A DNA stretch of 64,000 nt from Styela clava (Eukaryota), in the NCBI RefSeq assembly GCF_964204865.1, contig NC_135262.1, positions 12,276,001 through 12,340,000 on the forward strand, read 5' to 3'. Under the pieces are notes generated by a model, which searched no databases, was not told the DNA's origin, and saw nothing but the letters and a program-made list of their open reading frames with translations. Made by a program: the position numbers and the translations under genes. Positions 11,368 to 24,600 of the stretch are shown in pieces; the first letter of the stretch is position 1, and each line of letters starts with the position of its first letter.

Positions 11368-12358
11368 CAGTTTGGGTAATGTTTCCTAGGTTATGGTACA
11401 TGCTGAAGTTACCAATTGAAGACATGCAAAATTTACTTTTGGAGTACCTGGTTAGAAACGTACAGTAAGAAATTCGATATGGAATGAAAGCCAATGTTGT
11501 CAATACTATGCATTTGAACCGTAACTTCAGGTAAAAATTCCCGATTGCCATATCCAATCAGCAATCTTGGGAGTACCACAAACAGCCAAATTAACAACAT
11601 TCAGTGTTAGTCTTATTAGAACAATTATGATATATGTTGATTGCGACGTTTGTCGGTGAAACTTGGGCTTTAAATCGCTTTGCTATATTGATGCTGTTGC
11701 TGAGACGAAATACCGCATTAGTGGAACTTCTGGATCAGTGGTTTTATATTTGAATAAATGAATAAAAATGCGTATATAGTCTCTGGACACCTTGCTTTTC
11801 CCAAAATGTGATTTTTTTGAAAAAAATTCTGGATTTTCCGTTGGTCCATTCTTGCTAGCGAGTACTCAACAAATAAAGTATATTATGATGTCAGTACATT
11901 AGCATTAGCGGACTTATTAAAATAAAATTACTGCCCCCCAAATACTTGTTTCAGTAAAAATATGAAAATTAATGTTTTACTCTTTGCATATATTCGACAA
12001 ATTGAAATTACACAGTAGATTAGCAACTACCAAAAACATTTAATATTTCAAAGTATTTAAGCAGGAACTACGTCACTACAGGGACTTCCCCTTTCCCAAT
12101 AATTTTTCATTCACTACGCTCTACATGGCGTTTCCTTTACCCTAAACAGATGCTGGATCATAGCTATATTTGAAATATAAGATACAATTTTGGACAGGGC
12201 ACAATTTACTCGATGACAATATTTGAACTAACGTTTATCATCACTGGCTTATACAGAAATAATGGAAAATAAAAATGAAATTCATGCATATAGTATTTCT
12301 GAATATAACGAAGGCGACGAGATGCCGTCTAAGAGTCTACCAACTAAAAATCTTTTGT

Positions 12359-15300
12359 TTATAATACTCTAATCGTGGTTCTAAAGTTGTGCTGAATATC
12401 TTTTATCTGGGTGCAGTCAAAATCAATGTTTGTGTTGATGCTGCGTCGATTTCCACGAGGTTTTATAACGACATCTTTGACGATGTATTTTTTTCCTGGT
12501 TGAATGGGTTGCCTGCAACAAAAAGTTAATATTACTGCTATGCACGTAAGAAATTTGCTCATAGCGCTTCCAAATACATAATTTTGGAAGGATTATGCAT
12601 GAAACGATCAAATGGGATATGTTCGTCTTATGAGTTGCCCCGTCTTCACCTCGAATGCCTGAGCCTCTGTGCAAATAGCAATTAGGCTAGCGACACCATG
12701 CGGTAGATTTCAACAGTCACAATCACGCTTGCTGTCGCTGTTATCTGCGCATCTTGTGCGATTCATCACCTGATTAACTATTACCAAACCTGAATCAAAT
12801 TGGCTGACAACCGGGTGAGAGGCCTCATGATATATATGTTCAAATTCCAATTTATAGGCGAAGAGTTTATCAGCCACCAATAATTAGTGCGAGCGTCACT
12901 TCATTGACAAAGATGTTTAACAGCTGTAAAATGCTAGTTAATAAATTCGTTTTTTTTAAGTGAAACATGTTACTTACTCCATAATAAACTTTCGATCGTT
13001 CTGTTCATTTCCTCCAAAAGTGACTTCAAATACACCATTAGTAAGAGTGATCGGGAACTTGTTTTCGAAAATGATGTCAAATTTTGTTTCCACGCCGAAT
13101 GGGAAGACATCTGGAGCCTGGTACGAATAATAGAAAAACTTATAGTAATTGAATAGAAAGTTATCACTTGACTTCTTCTTTTAACAAATTTTAAAAATTA
13201 TTTTGAATTGTACAAAAAGACAAATGTATTTCAAGGTTATTGTATTGATGTAAATAGCAAATATCACATAGTGTACATAAAGCTCGAGTAGATTACAATT
13301 TTGGCACTTAGTTTATACTAACTATAAACGTAAGTCCATTTCGGTCCCAAAACCGTAAAGAATTGTAATGTAATGGGGAAAATATGGAGTGATACGTGGA
13401 TCAACAAAAAAGCTGGTAACTTTTCATCCCATATTTATGTGTTTTTATCTTGTTCAGATTTTACCGGTATTAGTACATACCAACAAATCTACTTCGGATA
13501 GCATCTGAATTTTTATGTTTGTTGCCATTGCAAATATGATGGTGAAAAGTTGAACATATAATGGAGAATTGGTAGAGTAATCGCTTGGACTGGCTTATGC
13601 TATTACATTCTGATTAAATTATAATATCCTCACCGTAGTTGTGATGCATTTCGGAATAACGACTTGGACATCCAATTCTTCTACTTTGGTGTTTCCGTCA
13701 TTTGTATCTGTTGCAATGACTCGTATATTGATCACCTTATTATCAACAATGTTGTAGATGTAATCGGCTTGGTCAATTTCAAACGACACAATGATTTCTA
13801 AAACGAAAATTAATTGATAATTGCTATATCATGCCGGCTCGAGTATAGGTATACCAGCAAAATTACCTTTTCCGGTTTCAATCTCTACATTCTGCGATAA
13901 TTTCTTCAGTAAAGCATGGATAGACCCAACATGGCGTTTTGTGCTTCCAGATATTTTAATACTCGCTGCATTCACGTTTGAATCTGAGATATTTTTGACC
14001 TAAAAATGAAGAATCGTGATCGTCGAAATGATAAATGACTGTACATTTATGCACAGATCAACACAAAAGAGTGAACTAGAATGGCCGTCGAAGGTTAGTG
14101 TAAAATATAAAAATATCATCATTCAGTTAAATACAGATTATTTCAAATACCATGATTTGAGCAACAACTTTTGATCCAACAAAAATGTTCTTCTCTTTCA
14201 ATAAGATTTTAATTTCAAACTTGGGCTTCACCAAAGTTTCTGGGTTCTTGATAATAAAGCGTAAAGAATGGTCGCCTTTGCCGCGTCCGTAAGCCCGATT
14301 GAAGGCAATTCGCTCCTCCTGTGAACCTAGAAATTAGACAAATAAGTTATTCAAATTTATTTTTATTAAAATTTTGCAGAATTTAATGTTGTTTGAAGAC
14401 AGTTTTAAATGAATTTTCTCCGACACTTGACCCCAGAGAAATTTATCCTTTCTATGCTTTACTATTGTAAAATTTTTGATATTTATCTTTACTATCTTCA
14501 AGGAAGTTATTGCTTACTGGTTTAAATGTTCACTAGTAATCATTATCAATAGTTAGATTCAAATTTAACCCTAGTCTATCGTTTCTCTTGGGATTTATTG
14601 GGACAATAAGGCTTCTGAGTTGCTTGATTTATACCTAAATTTCAAAATCACAACTAAGAATTGACGAATATCTAGCAAAATTACAAAAACGAGCTAATTT
14701 AAAAAAGAGTCTCAGAGCGGCTACTAAAATTTCAATTGCTACGTCACAGTTGCCGTATTACTCATTAGCCGATGTTACGGAAGTAAGCAATGAATTTATG
14801 CTCTGAAAAACAACCATCATGCATGGTGTCTAATTTTTTTTTTGCTCTTCTATTTTTGTATCAGTATGTTTATATAACTACATAATAATAAATACTCGTG
14901 TGATTTACACTTTGAAGAACGTAGAAGAAACTCACCTTCTGGGTATTTATATTGATCAGTAATATCTTCCATGGTATAAGTTCCGATGGCTTTTGTACTG
15001 ATATTCTTCCCGACAGATCTTCTCAAAATTTCGGGCCCTGGTCGCACTTTGCCTCCACTGACAATCCAGTTGACTTTGTCAGCGTTCACCTAAAGGGAGT
15101 GAATAAACGAAAGTAATGAAAAGGCATAATTTCAGCTATAGATCTCCAAGATATCAATATAGTGCAGTCGTAACTGTACGATGGAGACAAATTCAGAGTA
15201 GACAGACGGCCGATCTATACAGATGAATATTACATTTTATCGACATTAGCAAATTTGATAAAATATACATGGAATTGGAAGAAAGTTCAGCAATAGCAAA

Positions 15301-18300
15301 ATCATTGTCGGTAATTTAAATGCTAAGTGTGCCAAATTGAATAAGATGTAGATGCCAGCAAATGTCGGTTCAACGTGGATCAGAACAAGTAAATGTAGGC
15401 ATCTCCAATGACAGAACATTGTGTTTTTAAGTATCGAGAATTTTATTTCATGTTCCCTACGATGAAATATATCATTAACAAACCTCTCCAAATATGAAGT
15501 TAGAATCGTATCCGATAAGAATATTGCCTTCTTTGATTGCCTTAACAGGTGCAGGACCGCATTGAAACAGTTCTCTTCTTGTGTTTCGCCCTGGATCAAT
15601 AACATCTGATACTTCTTGAGGCGTAGAATCGACGACTTGCCAGCCATCATAACCTGAGTGAATATTTCATTTTTTACATTTATAACTGAAAAAAAAACAT
15701 GAGTAAAATTTGGAAAAATGTTTCAGAGAGCAAAATGCATGCAAATTTGTTTCGTTTCGACAAAAGAAAAACCGCCTGTACTTATAAATATCATATAAGT
15801 ATCATTTTTTTTTGCAAACCATTCTAAATAACGTATTGTATAATTACCAAACTCAAAAAGACTGCAATAATTGCTTTCCGTTGGTTCACTGTTCTCGGGT
15901 CTGATCAGCACGAAATCAGATAAATTGTTATTTATTAAACTTTATTATTCCTTACACACGTACATGTTATTATTTATTTGCAATACAGTGCTGTTTAATT
16001 AATCGTTGTCTTCTACGGTACAGAACAGGATCCGGTATTCAATTAAGTTAGGTCCAGGTCCAGCGTTGATTTAATGATATTGTGAAAATTACAACTGAAT
16101 ATTACAACGGTTAGCACGTTAGGCAAGTAAACGACATACAAGAAACATGTGTCGTCGCTTACGCTACTTACCGCAAAGCAAACGCTAAACAACAGCCATT
16201 GTTACGATATGAATCCGTGCGCACATAAAAATAAATTAATAAACATATTTTGTTTTTATGAATTGAAAAGTGGGGTCGTTTGAGAGAAAAAAATTGTTTG
16301 CGGGTCGCAGTTTGCAGACCACTCCTTTAGAGTATCCGGGCCTATGTTTCACCTTCTGGTAAATCAGGGCGTCTGAAAAATCCTTCATTCCAAACATGAA
16401 AGTTCCAGATTGAGTCGCTAGTTTCCTCAAGCTTATCTCCTGTGTCTTCATCGTAGTACATGTCCACTGTCACATTTGCATTTGTATCATGGGCAGAAGC
16501 AAAGTTACTGATAGTTCTTGCAGGAATGCCAACAGCACGAAGAGCTAAAATATTAAAGTTTTTTTATTTATTCAAGTACAAGTATGTTTTTCTCATTTGT
16601 TCCCATTAGGTTATATATAAATAATGACCTGTAGTTAAGACTCCAGCAAAAACCCAGCATTGCCCGTATTTTACTGGTTGCATGTTTTCATCGGCCCACT
16701 TTTTCAATATTTTTCCACTGTCATTCCAATACCCAGGACTTTTTCCATCTTCATATTTTCCGTTCCATTTGCCCCATAGGACGCCTTTGTCATCGTTGCA
16801 ATTGACCTATAATTGAAGTCGCAGAATTTTAAACAGACCAACAGTACTTAACAGTTAACTTTAAATATACGGGGAAAGTTGTAAAAAAGTAGATAATACA
16901 AAACGAACACCGAACCCCCAATGATTTTTTTAAATGCTTCCAATCACCTTTTGTTTTAATTTACCGTTCGCCAAATTCGATCAACATACCATTGAACTCA
17001 AGACTCTCGAAACGTAGACAGGGTCGTTGTACTTCTTCCAAGTTTTCACTGGTTGTGCAAGATGGCGAGAGTCATTAACGATCATTTTGAGAACGTTATC
17101 CAATACCCCAGCATCGAATTGAGCGTAATCCCAAGATTTCAAACTAATACTCCAATAGCTTCCACGAGCAATGTTTCCTGTGTCGTTCATCACGTATTCT
17201 TGACGCTGTCGTTCATCCTCCATGTAAACGGTGTCATCTAAATATGATTTAACATTTCGAACATAGTTTGTATACATAGACGAAAAGCTTGGGGCGAAAG
17301 AGAACCACCCTGTGGAAAACATAGCGATTTTGTCCAGTATTTTTTACATCGTCGGTGCGTAGTGGACAATCGAAACATTGGAAATTCATACATTGTATGC
17401 ATTTAGTGAATATATTGACATATGTTCGGAATTGCTTATAAAAAGCATTTGATTTTGAAAAAAAATTGTGACAAATACCTGAAACAAACGGATTGAACAT
17501 GACAATAATGCTGTTGTCGTTATGTGTGATTTTCTTGCGACCTCCACTTGTACCACTCACAACCTCCAAGGATACCTGTAATATAGGAATCGATGTTGTT
17601 CATATAAACTTGTGATGAATATCTGTATGTTGACTAATACAGTGCAATTCTATAGGGTCGTCCGACTTGCCTTAACGAGGCTGTTTCCGTCAACAGGAAT
17701 TTTTAGTGAGCGCACGTTAAAATAAAACAACAGAAAACTTTGTCGCTTCAATGTGTAAAATCTGCAGTAAATAGAGTGCACTTCTGTATTTGTACTTCAG
17801 ACTTTACTCACGTTAGCACTAACGTTCGTTTACTTCGTTAATTTGATAGAAAATCAAGATACTGTATGTAAATCAAATGGAATCAGGCGACAGTAGGCTA
17901 ATAGGTAGATCTCTCATTCTAATATTTAAGCAATGGAATGGAATGGACTTACAGAATACTTGGCAATGATTGCATTAACCGGAATGTTGATTCTCACGGA
18001 CAATTTCTTTGTATTTTGTCCTAGCATGTAACAGTGCCAAGTGTTCTTGTCTCCTGGCTTGTTTAGCACAGGGCAGACGAATTTCGTACCCGATGCTTCA
18101 GATGGTTTTGGTCCTGAAAATCACAAAAAAAAATCGATTTTATCGGTTTATATTACTACGGAATTGTCATTATAAGTTTTGCTAAGTAACACGTAAAATG
18201 AAGGTAATGTAATCATTACGGTAGCTTCCTCAAAGTATCTCTTTGAATGTATTTGAAATTATCAATACCGTCACAAATAGACTCACTCAGAAGTAAAAAA

Positions 18301-18862
18301 GACTTATATCTGAGAAAATCAAGGCAGCGCACTAACATGCTAAAACTATAAACTATATGGTGGTAAAGTACTTGCCAATTAATGAAGATTGCCGGGAGAC
18401 TTGACAAAGTTTGAAACAATACAACCTCGATAAAAGCTATGAGATTAAATATTGACCTAAACGAATATTCATTTGCATTCCTCCAGAAATTTATAAGTTT
18501 CACATGAAATACCTTTTGAATTAGATATACCCTGAAATTTTTTACTTACCAACACCAAAATTAAGGGTTAAGTCATCTCTTTCCGATTCGAATCCACGAT
18601 TTCCAAAAATGATTTCAAGGTCAAAGGTTGCTGATCTTCTCAAAATCAATGAATTATTTTCGAACAAAGAAGTATGATGTTCCACTTCGTTCTTTTCTTT
18701 GAGAAAATCGATTCGACGAACCTGAAGATTCTCGGCTAAAGAAGAAGAAGTAGATGTTGATCGGGCAGTGGAACGGCCTCCAGGTAAAGATGACCAAGAT
18801 CTAGAACTTGTTTCTGACGAAGCAAAAGGAGCCGAGAAAAGCCTTCTAAACATTGATTCCAT
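12359..18862 (-). CDS. Protein-glutamine gamma-glutamyltransferase (transglutaminase), 13 exons, ~759 aa: 18550-18862, 17953-18113, 17479-17575, 16990-17237, 16629-16806, 16353-16544, 15484-15653, 14936-15089, 14151-14326, 13867-13999, 13634-13797, 12978-13117, 12359-12512
   Basis: Catalytic motifs [13 protein letters not shown] (Cys), [11 protein letters not shown] (His) and [11 protein letters not shown] (Asp) are present. Also seen: HHT...[30 protein letters not shown] and [16 protein letters not shown]. All introns are GT-AG and the exon total (2280 nt) is a multiple of 3. Confidence 0.95.
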
Positions 18863-20011
18863 ATTTCGTTCGCGTGTGATTTGTAGCGTTGCATACGGCA
18901 GAGAACAGTATTATCCTAGTTTTTATTCCGTTTAACAATAAAAATTAGAGAAAATATAAATTACTGAGTATGACCGACATCATTCCTAACAGTAACTCTT
19001 TTTGAATGTCGATTGTTGTATATTTATAATAAATAGAACACCTTTAATCGGAGTGGAAATGTACAACTCTATTATCAAAATTAAAACATATATATATACG
19101 ATAATTCTCAATTGTACCATATGCACTCAAGTTTTAAAAACTCAATTCTTCTACTCGTTATTAAACAAAATAAACAATTCTTTTTCGTTATTTGCCTCCT
19201 CTTTTCATCTTGCAATCCTATTGCATACCATCCCAGTTACTGATTTGTTTATGTTTATCGTTTACATTATTCACTGATCACGTAAAATAGTGAATAATGG
19301 CAATGAGTATTTCCTATTGAATGAAATGTAGTTCTCAACTCTTGCATTCGCGAAAATATGATGTCTGTTGACCATTCAGATGTTTCACACCCTACGCATG
19401 TCGCCAACAATTATCACTACACAACAAAACTCTCTATATTCTCTATATTCGACTATAGTCCTATTATCACTTTCGATGTGCAGACATGTTGTCTGTTATA
19501 CATACTGTCTTGAGGTTTTTTGAGAACATAACTTCAACGCAAAGTCATGTGAAACATATCAAAAGGGCCCAATACTTTTAAAATGATTCTATTGTATGTT
19601 AATATTGTACGTTAAATTGATGACGTATGCGATTGGCGTATATGACATATTTGAATTCTAGGATTCAAGTCACAATTCTATCACATCCCAGTGGCAGTGA
19701 GTAATAAATTCATTAGGCAAGGGAATCGGGTTTTTAAGTCTTTACAAAAACATAGCAGTTTTCTACGTGTAAAGAGCTGATTGTCTCCCACTCCGTTAAG
19801 TGATGGATGTGTTCAAAACTAATGGAGATCTATCCTAACAGCCTGTGTCACACAAGTATTACTCATATTTTTATTCTCCACAAATTTCGTCTGATTACAA
19901 TTATCCATCCACAAGTTATGCAGAACTTATAGATTGAGGTTTTTTTGTCACCTTAAAGAAAAGCACATTCTTCCACAACCAATAGCAAATGAGATTTTGT
20001 AACTAGAATAC

Positions 20012-21610
20012 CTGGTGATCTTTCCCTGATTCCAATCAACCATCTTTCAACATCTTCCTCCCAAAAATGATCTACGATGTATTTTTCAATAAAATCACGA
20101 TTTGAATTATAATATTGAATCACGACATTTGGATTGTTGTTCATCAATCGCAGCAATTCATCAGGATCTACTGTTCTATCCGGAGTCGCTTCCACTATCG
20201 GTGCTGGAGTGGGAACTGTGGTAAAATGAGGAAACAGGTTTAGTCTACAATGCAAAGAATAATAACTGCAATTGATTCGAGTATATTGTGGAAATATATT
20301 TTGAGAATTTGAACACCCGCATATGGGTTGTAACCCAATCTGGGTCTCAAAAATCTCGTCACCCTTGTCATATTGTCTCCCTTTTTAGCACACTTGTTTC
20401 CACTTTCTACACTTGCCCACAAATGCGCCAGTTGTCCCACTTGTCTCATAAAATAATTCAAATTGTGAAAAGCGAGTTTGGGCGAAGAATTAATGATCAA
20501 ATTAAGTTGGTTGAGAGTAAATGTGGGTGGTGGCCCAATATCCATCTACTACCGCCTATGCGAAGGAAATGACAAAGATATTTATTTTTGGCGAAGTGAA
20601 AGCACTCGATTACTCAATTTTTGACGCTCCGGGTTAATCAAAATATTAAATAGGACTCAGTAGCTCGTATCAGCTATTTTTTTTTTAGATAATCTGAGGT
20701 GGTATAAAAATGATAGCGATTTCTACAAATTAATCCTTGTACTCAGTGTCATGTGGTAAATTCAAAACTAGCGTAACTAAATACAAATATATTCAAATAT
20801 ATAACAACAAAATTGATAAAATTAGTAACCGTAATAAAATTATAATCATTAGTTAAAACCAAAATCGGTTGACCGATTAAAATGCTAACCGTTACCGGGT
20901 ATGAATAAGTCTTTTCATTCTATAATTCATTTATTTTAAAAACCGAAAATACAGTTATATAGTGGATATAATTCAACCAAGTACGGGTTGTGAAACCTCA
21001 CACCCATTTTCATACATGACTCATGTATGTACTAGCTTGATCTCATGCACGTAGAAAACAAAATTGCGCAAAACTATGAAATCATGAAAACAGATTAAAT
21101 ATCAATGCGTAGGATATCACGCGATGAACAGTTCCTGTTTTGCGCTGAGAAAACGTTACTTCAGTCACGTTGTGGGGAAATTCCATTCCTAAGCTGAAAC
21201 TAAGACATCATGGAAGATAATGAGAATTAACTCATTATATATTGAATTCGTTCGAATCTTTGAATCACGTTCTTTTTACTTTGTATCAAGAAATATGTTG
21301 TCGATATGATTAAAAATTGATTTTTACACTTTGCACTCAATAAATGCTGTGGTTCTATTAACATAAACTGCTGACCAGTTAGATACGGATTTCGGTGACG
21401 ATTTTAGTTATCCCTATATTATTATAGCACATACGAACCTGTTTTTCTAATGTGCGACTAAAATAAAATAATTAAAATTGACACCCGGTCATAGAACTCT
21501 CTTTTCCGAACAGCAATTAGTTCTTTCGAATTATTATATAGAAATATAGGCTTTACTTAATAAAACAATTTACCTTCTGGTCTTTCAGGTCTGCTTTCCG
21601 CTGATCCCAT
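20012..21610 (-). CDS. Probable alternative 5' coding exons of the transglutaminase (21574-21610 and 20012-20215), splicing to an internal acceptor at 18735
   Basis: Exon A is ATG GGA TCA GCG GAA AGC...GAA G|gtaaat (phase 1). Exon B is cacag|TT CCC ACT...CCA G|gtattc (phase 1-1, open). The pyrimidine-rich acceptor cttcttcttctttag|CC GAG AAT is in frame with the TGase ORF. Confidence 0.7.
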
Positions 21611-24600
21611 ATTCTTATGCAATCTTTAGTAATGAATTAATTAGAAACAAATTTTTATTTTTTAATGCTATGAACAAAAATATAGAAATGAGAATAAAAA
21701 TGAAATAATAAAAAGGCAAATTTACGCCAATTACTTTTATTATCTGATTATAAAATCTGCTCCTGATGCTCATCAACGCTAAGGAACGTACTAATTAGCT
21801 CTGATTATACATTCTTGAAAGATCATAATCCAACGTGTAGCGACAATGCGTCGTTATACCATACACTATATATATATATCTATTTTCAATTAGTGGTATA
21901 ATTATGACTTATAACTTGATTCTGATCATTCAAGTGCGAGCTAATCTTGAAACGTGGTCCTGTTATGCAGAAGTATAGCTCGATACGATAGAATGGATAG
22001 ATCGACGAAGCTTTTATTATAACACCGGAAAGTACTATTACACCAGACAAAGACTCCGGAATACCTGATTATTAATTCAGCTTTCAAAAATCTTGCGGTC
22101 AGCTGATCTGAAGCACTGACTTTAAAATAACCTAAATAGCGAGAACAATATCCATAGCCGTTTAAAAGAAGCCTAACGAGGTGGCCTATAGTTACTTCTT
22201 CATTCATCATCAAGAATATATATCTTTCCTATTCTATAGTGAAAATATTATTGTCATATAAAGTATAAACTGTTCCACTAATGTTTCAGGAATTGATATT
22301 TTACTGTACATCACCAGTACTGCCAATGAACTCTGACTCCCGTTTGCGAAACTCCACAGAATAACATGATGACTGTATTGTCACAGTTACATACTTTTAT
22401 TATATGTTCTATGTCACCATATGTTGAACCGGGAACATACAAAATGGGATTTTTTTAAGTACTGTACCGTGTGTTCTGCATTGAACTACGACTTCCGCTC
22501 TCGATTCGCAATATTCCACAAAATGTGATGACGTCTCGTAGTCATAATTTCGATTTCAAATCTGCTGTGAAAGGCATTTCGGAAATGCTTCAGCAGGTAA
22601 AATTTGAGTGACTTTAAAGAATACTTATTCTCTAACAAATCCGCAAGCTCACATAACATTGTAAAATAATGTTAGAATATATAAGTATTGATGTGTTTTA
22701 ATTTATCACACTGAGTAACTGTTTATAAAATATTCGATCCAAACTAGGCCACAAACATCAACTCAGAATTACAGTTCACAAGTGCCAAAAAATGAGATAC
22801 CTATGAATTATTCAAAAGTATCAATCACAGGAAGTATCAAACCTTTATAGCTATCTAACAGCCTAATTTGCCCAAGGCTACTGATTTCCCCGCGCCAAGC
22901 TCTAATTAAAAAAAACAGTACGTGATTTTTTATATCTCATGAAAATATTGTTTTTTTGTCCACCATAGGCCATGGATGAACTTTGCATTTTCAATACGAT
23001 TCATCAGTGACGAGTCATCGAAAATTATTTCAACGATTGACGTATTAGTAGCTTTCAAGAGAGTATCAACTCACGTTAACTACTGACAGCACAGAGAAAT
23101 CCAGGTCGTGCTTTTGATTTCGGTGAGCTCAACTGAAGCTAAGGTATTCGCGTTATTTTTTAGTAGGCCTACTAATCCTACCTCAGAAGAATAGCTGTAT
23201 AAAGTTGTTGAATGAATTCGATCGTTAATAATTTCATTCATATATTATATCAGCTTTGAATCAGTACTTTACATATCTCTTGCATTGTAATTGTTGGGTA
23301 TTCACTTTCCCAATTTCATCACAGACACGTACCATTGTGTTTTGTTTTTATCATTATTTGTTCTTATCTCGTTCGTACTTCTATACCATTGTCAACGGCA
23401 GACTAATGAAATTTTTGTCTGTAGACAAGTACACATTACTACGCCGTATAAAACTTATTTTAATGTATAAAATTATATTTTCTATTACGTTGGCTTTGCA
23501 AAGAAACGAAAGATGAAATATATTTACGATCATGTATTATGATATGCTAGTAGTTGCCAAGTTTTTGCTGTCGTGTGTTAATATAAAACATCCCACTCAC
23601 ACCAATATGTTGCACAGACTTTCAAACCTTGTGTCCCTTGGGCTAAAATCCTTAACGCAATAGCGCATAAACGTGAGTGTGGTATATGCCTTACAAAATT
23701 ACTAATTAGGTAGGCTATATCAATTACTAATATCTAGCAGTCACATATTATACTCCGTCTCATAAAAACATCCAAGGTGGATATGGAAGATTAGTGACAC
23801 CAGCCAGGGTATGAAAAACATGTTTACTGGGTTCATCAGACCTTGTTTTCTCTGCCAATATTTATTGCCGTATTCAACCATATGATTGGTCATAATACGA
23901 AAGCTGAATACTGTATGAAAACAAAAGCTAAATACCGTAACAAAGGTAGCGATCTAATCATTTACGAAATCGATCGACCCATATCCACATTGCACAAAAA
24001 CTTTAACATTAAACAATATATAAAACCAGCATAGATTCTGTGAAGCGGGGTCTTTGTGTGCAACACTACACATGGCTCTTATTGTGCGTTAGGGTTAGGC
24101 TATTGCTACAATGCCGTTGTCGCAAAATAACTATCGGATAACATACTGGAACCTAAGCCATCAGAGATCACCTGATACATACATTTCTTGCTTTCGTCTA
24201 GTTTCAAGACTGGTAGATAAATTTTAGCAATATCTGTTATCAATCATGAGTGCCGTACTTGCAGTATTCCTGATAAATTGACTGCCTTCTCAATGTGACA
24301 TATATCTGTTCACAATTCGAGACTACATAACGATTGGGTTCAATACAGAAAAACTTGCTTTAATGTCATAGTCAAAGACGGATGTAACTGCTTAACACAC
24401 TTGCATAGAATGTATTATATATATATATATTCAATTCATTACATCAGTAAGGTCTAGACTTGACACCATGACACTTCGCGCGAGAAGTGCGTTCGATTCG
24501 AACTGCCTCAAACTGCGAACAACGGCTTGCAGTTTTCAGTAACAAAGTTGAATCTATTTCTTTCTATGGTGTGAAAACGAGACTTCGGGCAGCAAGAGAC

